From the NCBI GenBank assembly GCA_050115495.1, contig JASFQK010000041.1, positions 1-62,377 of the forward strand: a stretch of DNA of 62,377 bases, given 5' to 3'. How positions within the stretch are numbered: the stretch's first letter is position 1; the number at the start of each line of letters is the position of its first letter. The stretch comes from Phycisphaerae bacterium (lineage in GTDB: Bacteria; Planctomycetota; Phycisphaerae; UBA1845; Fen-1342). The position numbers were made by a program, and so were the translations under genes. Of this stretch, positions 26,969 to 37,620 are shown piece after piece. The notes beneath the pieces were generated by a model. It saw only the letters and a list, made by a program, of their open reading frames with translations, searched no databases and was not told the DNA's origin.

Positions 26969-29389
26969 CTACTCGCACCGCAGTGCGATCATCGGATCCA
27001 CCTTCGTCGCGCCGCGCGCCGGCAGGTAGCCGGCCAACAACGCGGCCGCCGCCACCACGACCACAGCCATCAGCAGGGTCTGTGGATCGTGCGGCGAGAC
27101 GTTGAAGAGCAGCGACTCGAGCAGTCGGCTGACCAGCAGTGTGAGGCCGGTGCCGGCCAGCAGGCCGATAGCCGCCAGCAGGACGTAGCGCCGCCCAATG
27201 AAATGCAGAATGTCGCGACTCGTGGCCCCAAAGGCGATACGGATGCCGATCTCACGCGTCCGGCGGGCCACTGTGTAGGCAATCACGCCGGCCACACCGA
27301 GGCCGGTCAGCACGAGCGACACTGCCCCGAGCCCCGTCAGTAACCCCGCCAGCGTAGACCGCACGCCGATGCTGCGGTTCACGACCTCGCGCATCGACTG
27401 CACCGCACAAACCGGCTGATCCGGATCAACGCTCCAGATCGCCTGTTGCACGAGCTGCGTGGCGGCGGCCGGGTCACCCGTCGTCCGGACCACAAAGCGC
27501 AGGCGGGGCCAGGGACGCTGCGTGATCGGGAAGTACATCTGCGGATCCACTTCCGTGTCGAGCCCCCAATGGCGCACATCGCCGACGACACCGACGACGG
27601 TGCATTCCTGGCTGCCGACCGTAACGTGCCGGCCGAGCGGATTCCGGTTCGGCCAGTAACGCTCCACGAAGCTCTCGCTGACCAGCGTGATCAGCGGGCT
27701 ATCGCCGGTGTCGTCCACCGAAACATCGCGGCCGGCGTGGAGCAGGATACCCATCGCCGCGAAGTACCCGGGCGTGACCGCAACGAGCCCCGCGGAGGGC
27801 TGTTGCTCCGGCTCAGGCGGCTCGTACCCTTCGATCACCATGCTCGTGGCGAGGCTGCCGTCGCTCATCGGCATGCTCGACACGCCGCCGACGGCCGTCA
27901 CGCCGGGCAGCCGGCGAATCTCCTGGACGGACCGCATGTAGAAGTCGGGAAATCGCCGCCAGTCGGCGGCGCTCGTCCAGGACAACTCCGCCCGCATGGT
28001 GAGAACGTGCTCCGGATCGAAGCCTGGATCGACCGCGGACAGCCCGCGGATCGTGCGGATCATCAGGCCGGCACAGGCCAGCAGCGCGACGGCCAGCGTG
28101 ACCTGGCCGACGACGAGGATGTCGCGGCGGTGGCCCGCCCACCGACTGGTCGACAACGTCTGCGTTCCCGCCTGAAGGACCGCGTTGAGCGAAACGCCGG
28201 AACAACGCAGGGCCGGCCCCAGGCCGCACAGCAGACACGTCACCACGGAGAGCCCCACGGCGAACAGCAGCACGGGTGCATCCAGGGCAATTTCGTTGCG
28301 GCGTGGAAAGTCGGCGGGCAGAAGGTTGGTCAGGGCACTGACGCCCCACGTCGCCAGCAGAATACTCACCGCGGCCCCGACGAACGTCAGCAGGGCGCAC
28401 TCGGTCAGGACGTGCCGCACGAGTTGCGCCCGGCTGCCGCCGAGCGCCGCCCGCACGGCCAGCTCCGTCGCCCGCGAACTGCCCCGGGCCAGCATCAGAC
28501 TCGCCACGTTCACACAGGCGATGATGAGCACGACCACCACCGCGCCCATCAACGCCAGCAGCGCCGCACGGTGATTCTGACCGACCAGCGTGCCGATCAA
28601 CGGCTGGCTCTCCAGCGTCCAGCCCGGGTCGGCATTTCGTTCACCGTCTTGAATGGCCGCGGCCAGATTGGCGAGATCCGCGCGGGCGTCCTCAGATGTG
28701 ACGTGCGGGCGCAGACGGCCGATCACGCGGAGGCAGATGGAGCCCTCAGGCTCGCGGCGTAGCGAATCGGGAAACGGCGTCCAGATGCCCATCTTGCCCA
28801 GGAGCCGCTCGCCCCACGCCACCTCGAACCACGCCGGCAGGACGCCGATGACTGTGTTTGGCACATCATTGAGCATCACGACGCGGCCGATGACGGCCGG
28901 ATCGCCGGCGAACTGGCGCCGCCAGACACTGTGCGACAACAGCACCACGGGGGCCGCGCCCACGTCGGCTTCCTCCGCGGTGAACGGGCGACCCAGCGCC
29001 GGCGTGACGCCGAGCACGGACAGCAGGTTGGGCGTCGCACAGATCGCTCGGACGCTCTCGGGCGTGGCGCCGCCGGTGAGGTTGCAGGATTCTTCCAGGT
29101 ACGCGCCGGCGTCCTCGAACGCGCGGCTGGTATGGCGAATGATATCGTACTCGGGCACCGACATGACCAGGTCGTGTGCGTTCCTGGCCGGCTTCGCGCC
29201 GGTGACGTGGAGCAGGCGCTCTTCGGCGGGATAGCCGAGCGGCTTGAGCAGCACGCCCCGCAACACGCTGTACACGGCGATGTTGGCTCCGATGCCCAGA
29301 GCGAGCATCGCCAGGGCGGCCAGCGTGAAACCGGGGGAGCGCCACAACGTTCGGGCGGCGTATCGCATGTCCTGGAGCAGCGCACTCAC
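26969..29389 (-). CDS. double MacB/FtsX ABC permease P8
   Basis: GTG start (VSALLQDMRY) after AGGAGG; ends DPMIALRCE. Confidence 0.95.
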   Translation of the reverse strand: MSALLQDMRYAARTLWRSPGFTLAALAMLALGIGANIAVYSVLRGVLLKPLGYPAEERLLHVTGAKPARNAHDLVMSVPEYDIIRHTSRAFEDAGAYLEESCNLTGGATPESVRAICATPNLLSVLGVTPALGRPFTAEEADVGAAPVVLLSHSVWRRQFAGDPAVIGRVVMLNDVPNTVIGVLPAWFEVAWGERLLGKMGIWTPFPDSLRREPEGSICLRVIGRLRPHVTSEDARADLANLAAAIQDGERNADPGWTLESQPLIGTLVGQNHRAALLALMGAVVVVLIIACVNVASLMLARGSSRATELAVRAALGGSRAQLVRHVLTECALLTFVGAAVSILLATWGVSALTNLLPADFPRRNEIALDAPVLLFAVGLSVVTCLLCGLGPALRCSGVSLNAVLQAGTQTLSTSRWAGHRRDILVVGQVTLAVALLACAGLMIRTIRGLSAVDPGFDPEHVLTMRAELSWTSAADWRRFPDFYMRSVQEIRRLPGVTAVGGVSSMPMSDGSLATSMVIEGYEPPEPEQQPSAGLVAVTPGYFAAMGILLHAGRDVSVDDTGDSPLITLVSESFVERYWPNRNPLGRHVTVGSQECTVVGVVGDVRHWGLDTEVDPQMYFPITQRPWPRLRFVVRTTGDPAAATQLVQQAIWSVDPDQPVCAVQSMREVVNRSIGVRSTLAGLLTGLGAVSLVLTGLGVAGVIAYTVARRTREIGIRIAFGATSRDILHFIGRRYVLLAAIGLLAGTGLTLLVSRLLESLLFNVSPHDPQTLLMAVVVVAAAALLAGYLPARGATKVDPMIALRCE

Positions 29390-29399
29390 GGGGACCTCC

Positions 29400-31829
29400 T
29401 CACTCACATCGCAGGGCCGCCAGCGGATCGACCTTCGCGGCCCGGCGCGCCGGTACGTAGCTCGCCAATAGGGCGACCGCCACCATGGCCACCCCAACGA
29501 TGGCGAACGTCGCCGGGTCTGTCGGCGTGACCCCGAACATCAGAGAACGGAAGGTGTGTCCGAGGACCGAAGCGACTGCGACGCCAGCGATTGAACCGAT
29601 CAGCGTCAGCACAACGGAGCGTGCCAGGATCGGGCCGATGACCGTCTGTGCTCGCGCCCCCAGTGCCATGCGAATACCGATCTCGCGCGTACGCCGGCTG
29701 ACCGTGTACGACAAGGCGCCGTACAGCCCCACAGCGGCCAGCACGAGCACACCACCGGAGAACGCACTTAGCAGTAGTGCCAGACTGCGTAAATCGCGTG
29801 TGTTCTCGGTGACGATCTGCTTCATGGAACGCACGCAAAACGCCGGCTGATCCGGGTCAATCTCCCAGACGGCGGCCCGGATCGTCGCCCCCAACGCCAA
29901 CGGGGCGGCGGCCGTACGAGCCACGACAGTGAGGTGCGACGTGTACGACCCACCCTGCGACAACGTGCGGTATACCTGAAGCGGACGGCCGTGGCCCAGG
30001 CCGTGTTGCGTGATATCGCCGACCACACCGACAACCGTCACCCACGGTTGATCGCCGTCGCTCCAGCCGTAGCGGATGCGCTTGCCGATCGGATCCTCGT
30101 CCGGCCAGAACTCCTGGGCGGCGCGTCGGCTCACGATCATGACCTCGTCCGCGCCGTACACGTCTTCCGCCGTGAACGACCGTCCGCGGATAAGGGGAAC
30201 GCCCAGCGTTTCGAAATACCCGGGCGTCACGATGACGTTGTCGACCATGATCTCGCCGCCGCCGACCGGGCCCTCGTAGCCCTCCACGACGACGCCATTG
30301 CCGTGATCCGTCTCGATCAGGGGCGTAATCTGCGCCGCGGCCACCGCGGTGATCCCTGGCGTTTGCCGAATGCGCTCGAGAACCGCGTCGAAGAATTTCA
30401 CCCGGTGCATGTAGTTGCCCGGGTACTTGTTGCGATCGACGCTCACCTCCATCGTCAGCAGGTTCTTCGTATCGAAACCGGGATCGACGTGGCGTAGCGT
30501 GACGAAGCTACGGATCAGCAGCGCAGCACAGACGACCGTGGCAAAGGCCATCGCCACCTGCCCCACCAGCAGCAGGTCGCGCCCGCGCCAGCCCGTGGCG
30601 TGGGCAGAGATCGACCCGATACCGGGCTTCAGCGATTCACTCAGATTGACGGCCGACGCCAGCACGGCGGGCGCCAGCCCGAACACGAAGACGGTCAACA
30701 CAGAGACTGCGAGTGTAAACGCCAGCACGCTCGCATCGATGCCGGTGTTGTATGTTGTCAAGCTGTCGGAGAAGGGCGCCCGCACGAGTTCCGTCCCCCA
30801 GCACGCCAGCAACGCCCCCACGCCGCCGCCCGCCAGGGCGAGCAACACTCCTTCGGTCAGTAGTTGGCGGATGAGCTGCCACCGGCTCGCGCCGAGCGCA
30901 GCGCGAACAGCGAGTTCGCCGCGGCGACCGACCGCTTTGGCCAGCAGGAGGTTGGCCACGTTCGCACAGGCTACGAGCAGGACAACGCCGACGGTCGCGG
31001 CCAGAATGAGCATCGCCGCTTCATCGCGTTCGCTGAAGCGAGTATCCAAGAGCGGCACGACGCTGACGGTGTGCGGGTTGAGCTGTGGATGAACCTGGGC
31101 GAGCCAGGCCGCGACGGCGTTCATCTCCTCCTGTGCCTGAGCCTGACTCACGCCCGGCTTCAGCCGGGCGATGGGGACCCACCCCACGCCACCGCGGTTC
31201 GCCCGGGCGGGATCGGCGCGCAGCGGCGTCCAGAGATCGAAGTGGCCGAGTTCGCGCTCCAGTTCAGGCGGCAGCACGCCCAGCACCGTGTGCGGCGTGC
31301 TCTCCAACGCAATCGTCCGTCCAATGACAGCGCGATCACCATTGAAGTACCGCCGCCAGAATCCCGCCGACAACAGCGCGACGCGCTCGGCCTGCGGAGT
31401 ATCTTCCGCCGGACCGAATGTGCGGCCGAGGGAGGCGTTCACCCCCAGCGCCGACAGCACGCTCGCCGTCGCGCGGATCACTTCGACGCGTTCCGGCCGA
31501 TCGCCACCCGTCAGGTTGTAGCCGAAGCGATGATAGACCCCAATGTCAGTGTACGCGTCACACTGCTCCAGCCAATCGAAGTATTCCGCGACCGACACGC
31601 CGAGATTGCCACCGTCCGCGCGCCGCGCCTCCCGCGTTTCGAACGTCACGAGCCGCTCCGGCGCAAGGTAGGGTACAGCTTGCAGCACCGTGCCGCGTAC
31701 CACGCTGAACACCGCCGTGTTCGCGCCGATACCAAGTCCAAGCGCAAGCAGGATGACGAGCGTCGATCCTGGGCGCTGTGCGAGCACTCGGATTGCGAAC
31801 CACAAGTCCTGCCGCAATGCGTCCATCAT
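29400..31829 (-). CDS. double MacB/FtsX ABC permease P7
   Basis: 809 aa; same motif set; ends DPLAALRCE. Confidence 0.95.
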   Translation of the reverse strand: MMDALRQDLWFAIRVLAQRPGSTLVILLALGLGIGANTAVFSVVRGTVLQAVPYLAPERLVTFETREARRADGGNLGVSVAEYFDWLEQCDAYTDIGVYHRFGYNLTGGDRPERVEVIRATASVLSALGVNASLGRTFGPAEDTPQAERVALLSAGFWRRYFNGDRAVIGRTIALESTPHTVLGVLPPELERELGHFDLWTPLRADPARANRGGVGWVPIARLKPGVSQAQAQEEMNAVAAWLAQVHPQLNPHTVSVVPLLDTRFSERDEAAMLILAATVGVVLLVACANVANLLLAKAVGRRGELAVRAALGASRWQLIRQLLTEGVLLALAGGGVGALLACWGTELVRAPFSDSLTTYNTGIDASVLAFTLAVSVLTVFVFGLAPAVLASAVNLSESLKPGIGSISAHATGWRGRDLLLVGQVAMAFATVVCAALLIRSFVTLRHVDPGFDTKNLLTMEVSVDRNKYPGNYMHRVKFFDAVLERIRQTPGITAVAAAQITPLIETDHGNGVVVEGYEGPVGGGEIMVDNVIVTPGYFETLGVPLIRGRSFTAEDVYGADEVMIVSRRAAQEFWPDEDPIGKRIRYGWSDGDQPWVTVVGVVGDITQHGLGHGRPLQVYRTLSQGGSYTSHLTVVARTAAAPLALGATIRAAVWEIDPDQPAFCVRSMKQIVTENTRDLRSLALLLSAFSGGVLVLAAVGLYGALSYTVSRRTREIGIRMALGARAQTVIGPILARSVVLTLIGSIAGVAVASVLGHTFRSLMFGVTPTDPATFAIVGVAMVAVALLASYVPARRAAKVDPLAALRCE

Positions 31830-31977
31830 CCTCCCTCTATTCGCGCCACTGACGGTGGATCCGTTCGCAGTGTGCGCACGGCGGCTCGAGGTGCTCCGTT
31901 GTGTTGGGTCTCCATATCCGACGAAGAATCACGTGCTGGGCGGAGACGACCAACGCTGCAGTTATGCGGGGACCGTT

Positions 31978-32706
<729 letters not shown>

Positions 32707-32757
32707 GGATCAAACCTCCGTGCGTCTTTCTTGTCCTGGCCACGACGGGCCGGTTCT

Positions 32758-35181
32758 CTAACCACTTCGCAGCGCCACCAACGGATCGGTCTTTGTTGCC
32801 TGTCGCGCGGGGAAGTAACTCGCCAGAAGAGCTGCCGTGACCAGCAGTAAGGAGACCCCGAGGAACGTGAGCGGGTCTGTGGTCCCGATCTCGTAGAGCA
32901 GGCTGCTCAGCACGCGTGTTGCCACCGCTGAGATCGCCAATCCGATGCACAGCCCGATCGCGGTGAGTGTCAGCGTCTGACGGACGACGAGCCGCAGAAC
33001 ATGGGCCCGCTGTGCTCCCAAAGCCATGCGCACGCCGATCTCGTGCGTTCTTCTGCTAACAGCGTTGGAAAGCGTTCCGTAGATCCCGATTGCGGCGAGG
33101 GCGACCGCCAGAGCGGCGAAGATCGCCAACAGCAGCATGGGGCAGCGGCGATTCGCGACCGAGGCCGCGAGGTGTTGCCGCGTGGTGGCGAAATCGTACG
33201 GCGCCTGAGTGGGGATCAACTCCGCCAGCTCATGTCTGACGGCCTGCACCAGGCTCAGGGGGCTTGCATCCGTGCGCAGGATGAAGCTCACGAAGCCGCG
33301 CGGATGTTGTGCGTACGGCACGTATATCTGAGGGCGGGCGACACTGTCGAGCTGTCGGTCTCGCGTACTGCCAACGACTCCCACGATCTCGTACGATTCG
33401 GGGCCGCCGCTACTGGCACTGGCGTAGGGTTTGATGACTTCGCCGAGGGGATTCCTGTCCGGGAAGAACTGCCGAGCCAGCGTCTCGTTGATGACCGCGA
33501 CAGCCGACGTCTCTCCGGCATCGTGCTCGGTGAAACCGCGCCCCGCCAGCAGGGGAATGTCCATGGCGCTGAAGTACTCAGGATTAACCGCGTTGAAGGC
33601 GGCCATCGGGGACGTGCCGGAAGAGCGTCCATCATCCCCGGCGATCGTGAAGCTGGTCGTCCAACCGTGTGGCGTGAAGGGAGCCCCGTCGCAGACCCCT
33701 ACGTAGCGAACGCCGGGCAAGCTCGACAGGCGTTCGACAGCCGCACTGCAGAGAGGGCCTCTCTCCGCGACCGGTCGATCCAACAGCATGTGGCACGTAA
33801 GCGTGTCTTCCGTGGCGAAGCCCGGGTCAACGTCCATCAGGCGCTTGAAGCTGCGCAGGAGGAGACCTGCGCCGATCAGCAGCACACACGCCAGCGTCAC
33901 TTCGCTCACCACCAGCGCTCGCTGCAATCGTTGAGACCCGCCGGACGTTCCAACTCCGCCGCCCTCCTTGAGCGACGAGTTCACGTCGAACTTCAACCCC
34001 TTCAACGCTCCGGGAAGACCAAACAGCACGCCCGTTAGCACGGAGAGCGCGAGCGTGAAGCCAAACACGTGCAGGTCAATGCCGATTCCCGCCGTTCGCG
34101 GGACACTCGCAGGAAGCACGAGGGCAAGCGACTGAATACTCCACGAGGCCACCGCCAGGCCGACCATGCCACCGGCGAGCCCCAGCATGACGCTTTCCGT
34201 GAGTAACTGCGTGACAAGACGCCAGCGCGGCGCCCCGAGCGCGATTCGCACCGCCAGCTCTCGTCGCCGTCCCAGGCCCCGTGCCAGCAGCAGGTTCGCG
34301 ATGTCGGCGCAGGCGATGAGCAGGACGAGGCCGGCGGCCCCCAGGAGCAACATCATCAGTGAACGCGACTCACCCACGATGCAATCGTGCAGGGAGCGAA
34401 GCTCGATCTGGCACTGGGCGTGGGTTTCCGGGTTCTCCTGCTCGAGGCGGGCCGCGATGGTGTCGAAGCGAGCCTGCGCGCTGGCAAGCGTCACGCCGGG
34501 CTGGAGTCGGCCGATGGCGGTCAGCAGACGCCAGCCCTGCGCTTCGTACTGCCCCTGATCATTCGGCAGAGGCGTGAAGACCTCCGCTCCCGCGATGTTG
34601 AGGGGGGGCTCGAACTGCTGGGGGAGAATGCCGACCACGATGTAGCTGGTCTGGTCGAGAACGATTGGCTGCCCGATCAGGCTCGCGTCCTCGCCGAAGC
34701 AGCGTCGCCAGAGACTGTGCGCCAGGACCGCGACCTTGGGAGCGCCGAGGACGTCCTCTTCGGACGTCAGCAGCCGGCCGGCAACCGGCCTGGTTCCGAG
34801 TGCGTAGAAGAACCCCGACGTCACGTACGCGCCGTGCACGCGCTCCGGCGTTTCGGTGCCGGTCAGTGTGAACTCCGCTTCCTGAAAGCCGCCGGCCGCC
34901 GACAGCACATCGTCTTGCGCGGCGAAGGTCTGAACCTCCGGGAGCGTGACAGCGTGGCACCGTTTCGGCCGACGCCCGAACTGCACGCTCCCGTCGATAA
35001 CGACCAGCCGCTCGGGATCATCGAACGAAAGTGGCCGGAACACGACCGCGTTGACCACACTGAAGATGGCAGTATTGGCACCGATGCCCAAGGCCAGGCA
35101 CAGGATAACTACGGCCAGGAACCCGGGGCTGTGCCCCAGTGATCGCAACGCGTAGCGGATATCCTGAAGCAACACGCCCAC
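32758..35181 (-). CDS. double MacB/FtsX ABC permease P6
   Basis: 807 aa; same motif set; ends DPLVALRSG. Confidence 0.95.
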   Translation of the reverse strand: MGVLLQDIRYALRSLGHSPGFLAVVILCLALGIGANTAIFSVVNAVVFRPLSFDDPERLVVIDGSVQFGRRPKRCHAVTLPEVQTFAAQDDVLSAAGGFQEAEFTLTGTETPERVHGAYVTSGFFYALGTRPVAGRLLTSEEDVLGAPKVAVLAHSLWRRCFGEDASLIGQPIVLDQTSYIVVGILPQQFEPPLNIAGAEVFTPLPNDQGQYEAQGWRLLTAIGRLQPGVTLASAQARFDTIAARLEQENPETHAQCQIELRSLHDCIVGESRSLMMLLLGAAGLVLLIACADIANLLLARGLGRRRELAVRIALGAPRWRLVTQLLTESVMLGLAGGMVGLAVASWSIQSLALVLPASVPRTAGIGIDLHVFGFTLALSVLTGVLFGLPGALKGLKFDVNSSLKEGGGVGTSGGSQRLQRALVVSEVTLACVLLIGAGLLLRSFKRLMDVDPGFATEDTLTCHMLLDRPVAERGPLCSAAVERLSSLPGVRYVGVCDGAPFTPHGWTTSFTIAGDDGRSSGTSPMAAFNAVNPEYFSAMDIPLLAGRGFTEHDAGETSAVAVINETLARQFFPDRNPLGEVIKPYASASSGGPESYEIVGVVGSTRDRQLDSVARPQIYVPYAQHPRGFVSFILRTDASPLSLVQAVRHELAELIPTQAPYDFATTRQHLAASVANRRCPMLLLAIFAALAVALAAIGIYGTLSNAVSRRTHEIGVRMALGAQRAHVLRLVVRQTLTLTAIGLCIGLAISAVATRVLSSLLYEIGTTDPLTFLGVSLLLVTAALLASYFPARQATKTDPLVALRSG

Positions 35182-35190
35182 GATCCTCTC

Positions 35191-37611
35191 CTATTCACAT
35201 CGCAGCGCCGCCAGCGGATCGACCTTCGTGGCCCGCCGGGCGGGAATGAAACACGCCACCAGCACGACGCCGATGAGCAGGGCCGCCGCGCCGGCGAAGG
35301 TCGCGGTGTCGGTCGGCTGCACGCCGAATAGCCAGGCTCTCAGCACACGCGTGCCCGCATACGCCCCGACCAGCCCCAACCCGACGCCGATGATGGCCAG
35401 CCATAATCCCTGGCGAAGCACGAGTTGCAGGACCTGCCCGGCGCGGGCACCGAGCGCCAGACGCACGCCGAGCTCGTGCGTGCGCTGCGACACCGAGAAG
35501 GCCAGCACGCCGTAGATGCCGACCGCGGCTAGCGTGAGCGCCAGCGTGGCGAACAGACCGAGCAGCAGCATCGGGTAACGCCGATGGGCGACCGACCTGG
35601 ACAGGTACTGCTGCATCGTGGCGAAGGCGAACGGTGCATCGTCCGTGGTCAGCTCGGCCATCGTCCGGCGGATGTCGCCAACCAGGGCCAGCGGGTCGCG
35701 CTCGCTGTGCAGAATGAGTACGACGCTGCCGGCAGGGAACTGGCGATAGGGCACGTACATGTTCGGCTGGGCAGCGACGTCGAGGCCGTCGTCACGGACG
35801 TTGCCGACGACGCCGATAATCTCGTACTCGCGCTCGTGGCCAACCGTGGCGCCGGGTCGCAGGCGCTGGCCGATCGGGTTGCCCGTGGGCCAGTACTTGC
35901 GCGCCAGCATCTCGTCGATCACCATGACGCCGAGCTTCCCCCGCGCGTCGGCGTCATCGAAGAGCCGCCCGCGCAGCAACGGGATGTCGAACGTCGAGAA
36001 GTACTCCGGCGAAACCGAGCGCAGCCCGGCCATCGGGATCTTTGCCGATCTCGAATCGACACCGTCCACGATCGTCGCACCGGTGCGCACGCCCGTGTCC
36101 GTGAGCGGCACGCCGTTGCTCACGCTCACCTCGCGGACGGCCGGCAGGGCGCGCAGACGCTGGCAGATTCCATCCAGAACGTCGGCCCGTTGCGGATAGG
36201 GCGTCGTGGCGCCGAGGTCCATCTGGAAGGTCAGGAGGCCCTCCGTCGCGTAGCCCGGATCGGTGCCCGCCACCGTCCAGAAACTGCGGATCAGGAGACC
36301 GGCTCCGATCAGCAGCGCCGTGGCCACCGCCACCTCGCTCACGACGAGCGAGTTTTGCAGCCGGTGCTTGGCACCGGCGCCCGCCTGCCGCGTGCCGGAT
36401 TTCAGCGCAGACTGCAAGTCGACACGCGTCACGCTGATAGCCGCCGGCAAACCGAACAACACGCCGGTCAACACGGCGACGACCAGCGAGAACGAAAGCA
36501 CACGGCCGTCGATCGCAACCTCATCCAGGCGTGGGATATCCCCGGGCAGCAGCGCCATCAACGCATCACGCCCCCAGAACGCCAACAGGCAACCGAGGGC
36601 GCCGCCTAGCACGCCGAGCAACGTGCTTTCTGTCAGCAGTTGCCGCGCGAGGCGAAGCCGGCCCGCTCCCATGGCGGCGCGGATCGCCAACTCGCGCTTG
36701 CGTCCCAGACCGTGTGAGAGAAACAGGTTGGCGACGTTGCCGCAGGCGATCAGCAGGACCAGCCCCACCGCCCCCAGCAGCATCCACAACGACGAGCGCG
36801 AGCGGCCGGTCAGCGAATCCTGCAAGCCGGTCAATTGAACGCGATAGCCGTTGTTGATGTCGGGGTGTTCCTGCGCCAACCGGGCGGCGATTCCGTCCAT
36901 CTGCGCCTGGGCCTGGGCCGGCGTGACTCCAGGTTTCAGGCGGCCAATCGCGGACAGCGTCGAACTGCCGCGTGAGCAGTAGATCTGCGAGATCGCGGGC
37001 ACCGGCATCCACAACTGCGCATCCTTCACGTGGTACGGGAAGCGGAACCGCGGCAGGACACCCACGACAACGTAGCTCTCCTGATCGAGCAGGATGGACT
37101 GCCCGACAATCGCCGGGTCGGCGCCGAACTGGCGGTGCCACAGCTCACTGCCGAGCATGGCCACGTTGCCGTTGTTCCCGTCCACGTCGTCATCGGTCAG
37201 CAGTCGTCCCAGAGCGGGCTTCACACCCAGGGCCGTGAAGAAGCCGCCCGTCACCAAGGCGGCTTCGAGCCGCTCCGGCTGGACCGTGCCGGACAAGGTA
37301 CACCCGATCGGCGTGAACGCTCCGAGGCCGGTGAAGGCATCGCTCTGCGCCTGCCAGTCCCGGAAGTTCGGTAGATCCACGCCGCGCATCAACACCGGCC
37401 AGCGCACCGGGCGACGCTCCGCCGACAGCACGACCAGTTCCTCGGGCGACGCGAAATCCAGCGGCCGAAGCACGACCGCGTTGACGACGCTGAAGATAGC
37501 CGTGTTGACGCCGATGCCCAGAGCGAGCGTGAGGACCACGCAGATGGTGAAGCCGGGGCTCCGCGTCAGATCGCGAGCGGCGAATCGAATGTCCTGTAAC
37601 AGCCCATTCAC
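35191..37611 (-). CDS. double MacB/FtsX ABC permease P5
   Basis: 806 aa; close paralogue of P1; ends DPLAALRCE. Confidence 0.95.
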   Translation of the reverse strand: MNGLLQDIRFAARDLTRSPGFTICVVLTLALGIGVNTAIFSVVNAVVLRPLDFASPEELVVLSAERRPVRWPVLMRGVDLPNFRDWQAQSDAFTGLGAFTPIGCTLSGTVQPERLEAALVTGGFFTALGVKPALGRLLTDDDVDGNNGNVAMLGSELWHRQFGADPAIVGQSILLDQESYVVVGVLPRFRFPYHVKDAQLWMPVPAISQIYCSRGSSTLSAIGRLKPGVTPAQAQAQMDGIAARLAQEHPDINNGYRVQLTGLQDSLTGRSRSSLWMLLGAVGLVLLIACGNVANLFLSHGLGRKRELAIRAAMGAGRLRLARQLLTESTLLGVLGGALGCLLAFWGRDALMALLPGDIPRLDEVAIDGRVLSFSLVVAVLTGVLFGLPAAISVTRVDLQSALKSGTRQAGAGAKHRLQNSLVVSEVAVATALLIGAGLLIRSFWTVAGTDPGYATEGLLTFQMDLGATTPYPQRADVLDGICQRLRALPAVREVSVSNGVPLTDTGVRTGATIVDGVDSRSAKIPMAGLRSVSPEYFSTFDIPLLRGRLFDDADARGKLGVMVIDEMLARKYWPTGNPIGQRLRPGATVGHEREYEIIGVVGNVRDDGLDVAAQPNMYVPYRQFPAGSVVLILHSERDPLALVGDIRRTMAELTTDDAPFAFATMQQYLSRSVAHRRYPMLLLGLFATLALTLAAVGIYGVLAFSVSQRTHELGVRLALGARAGQVLQLVLRQGLWLAIIGVGLGLVGAYAGTRVLRAWLFGVQPTDTATFAGAAALLIGVVLVACFIPARRATKVDPLAALRCE

Positions 37612-37620
37612 AGCAGACTC

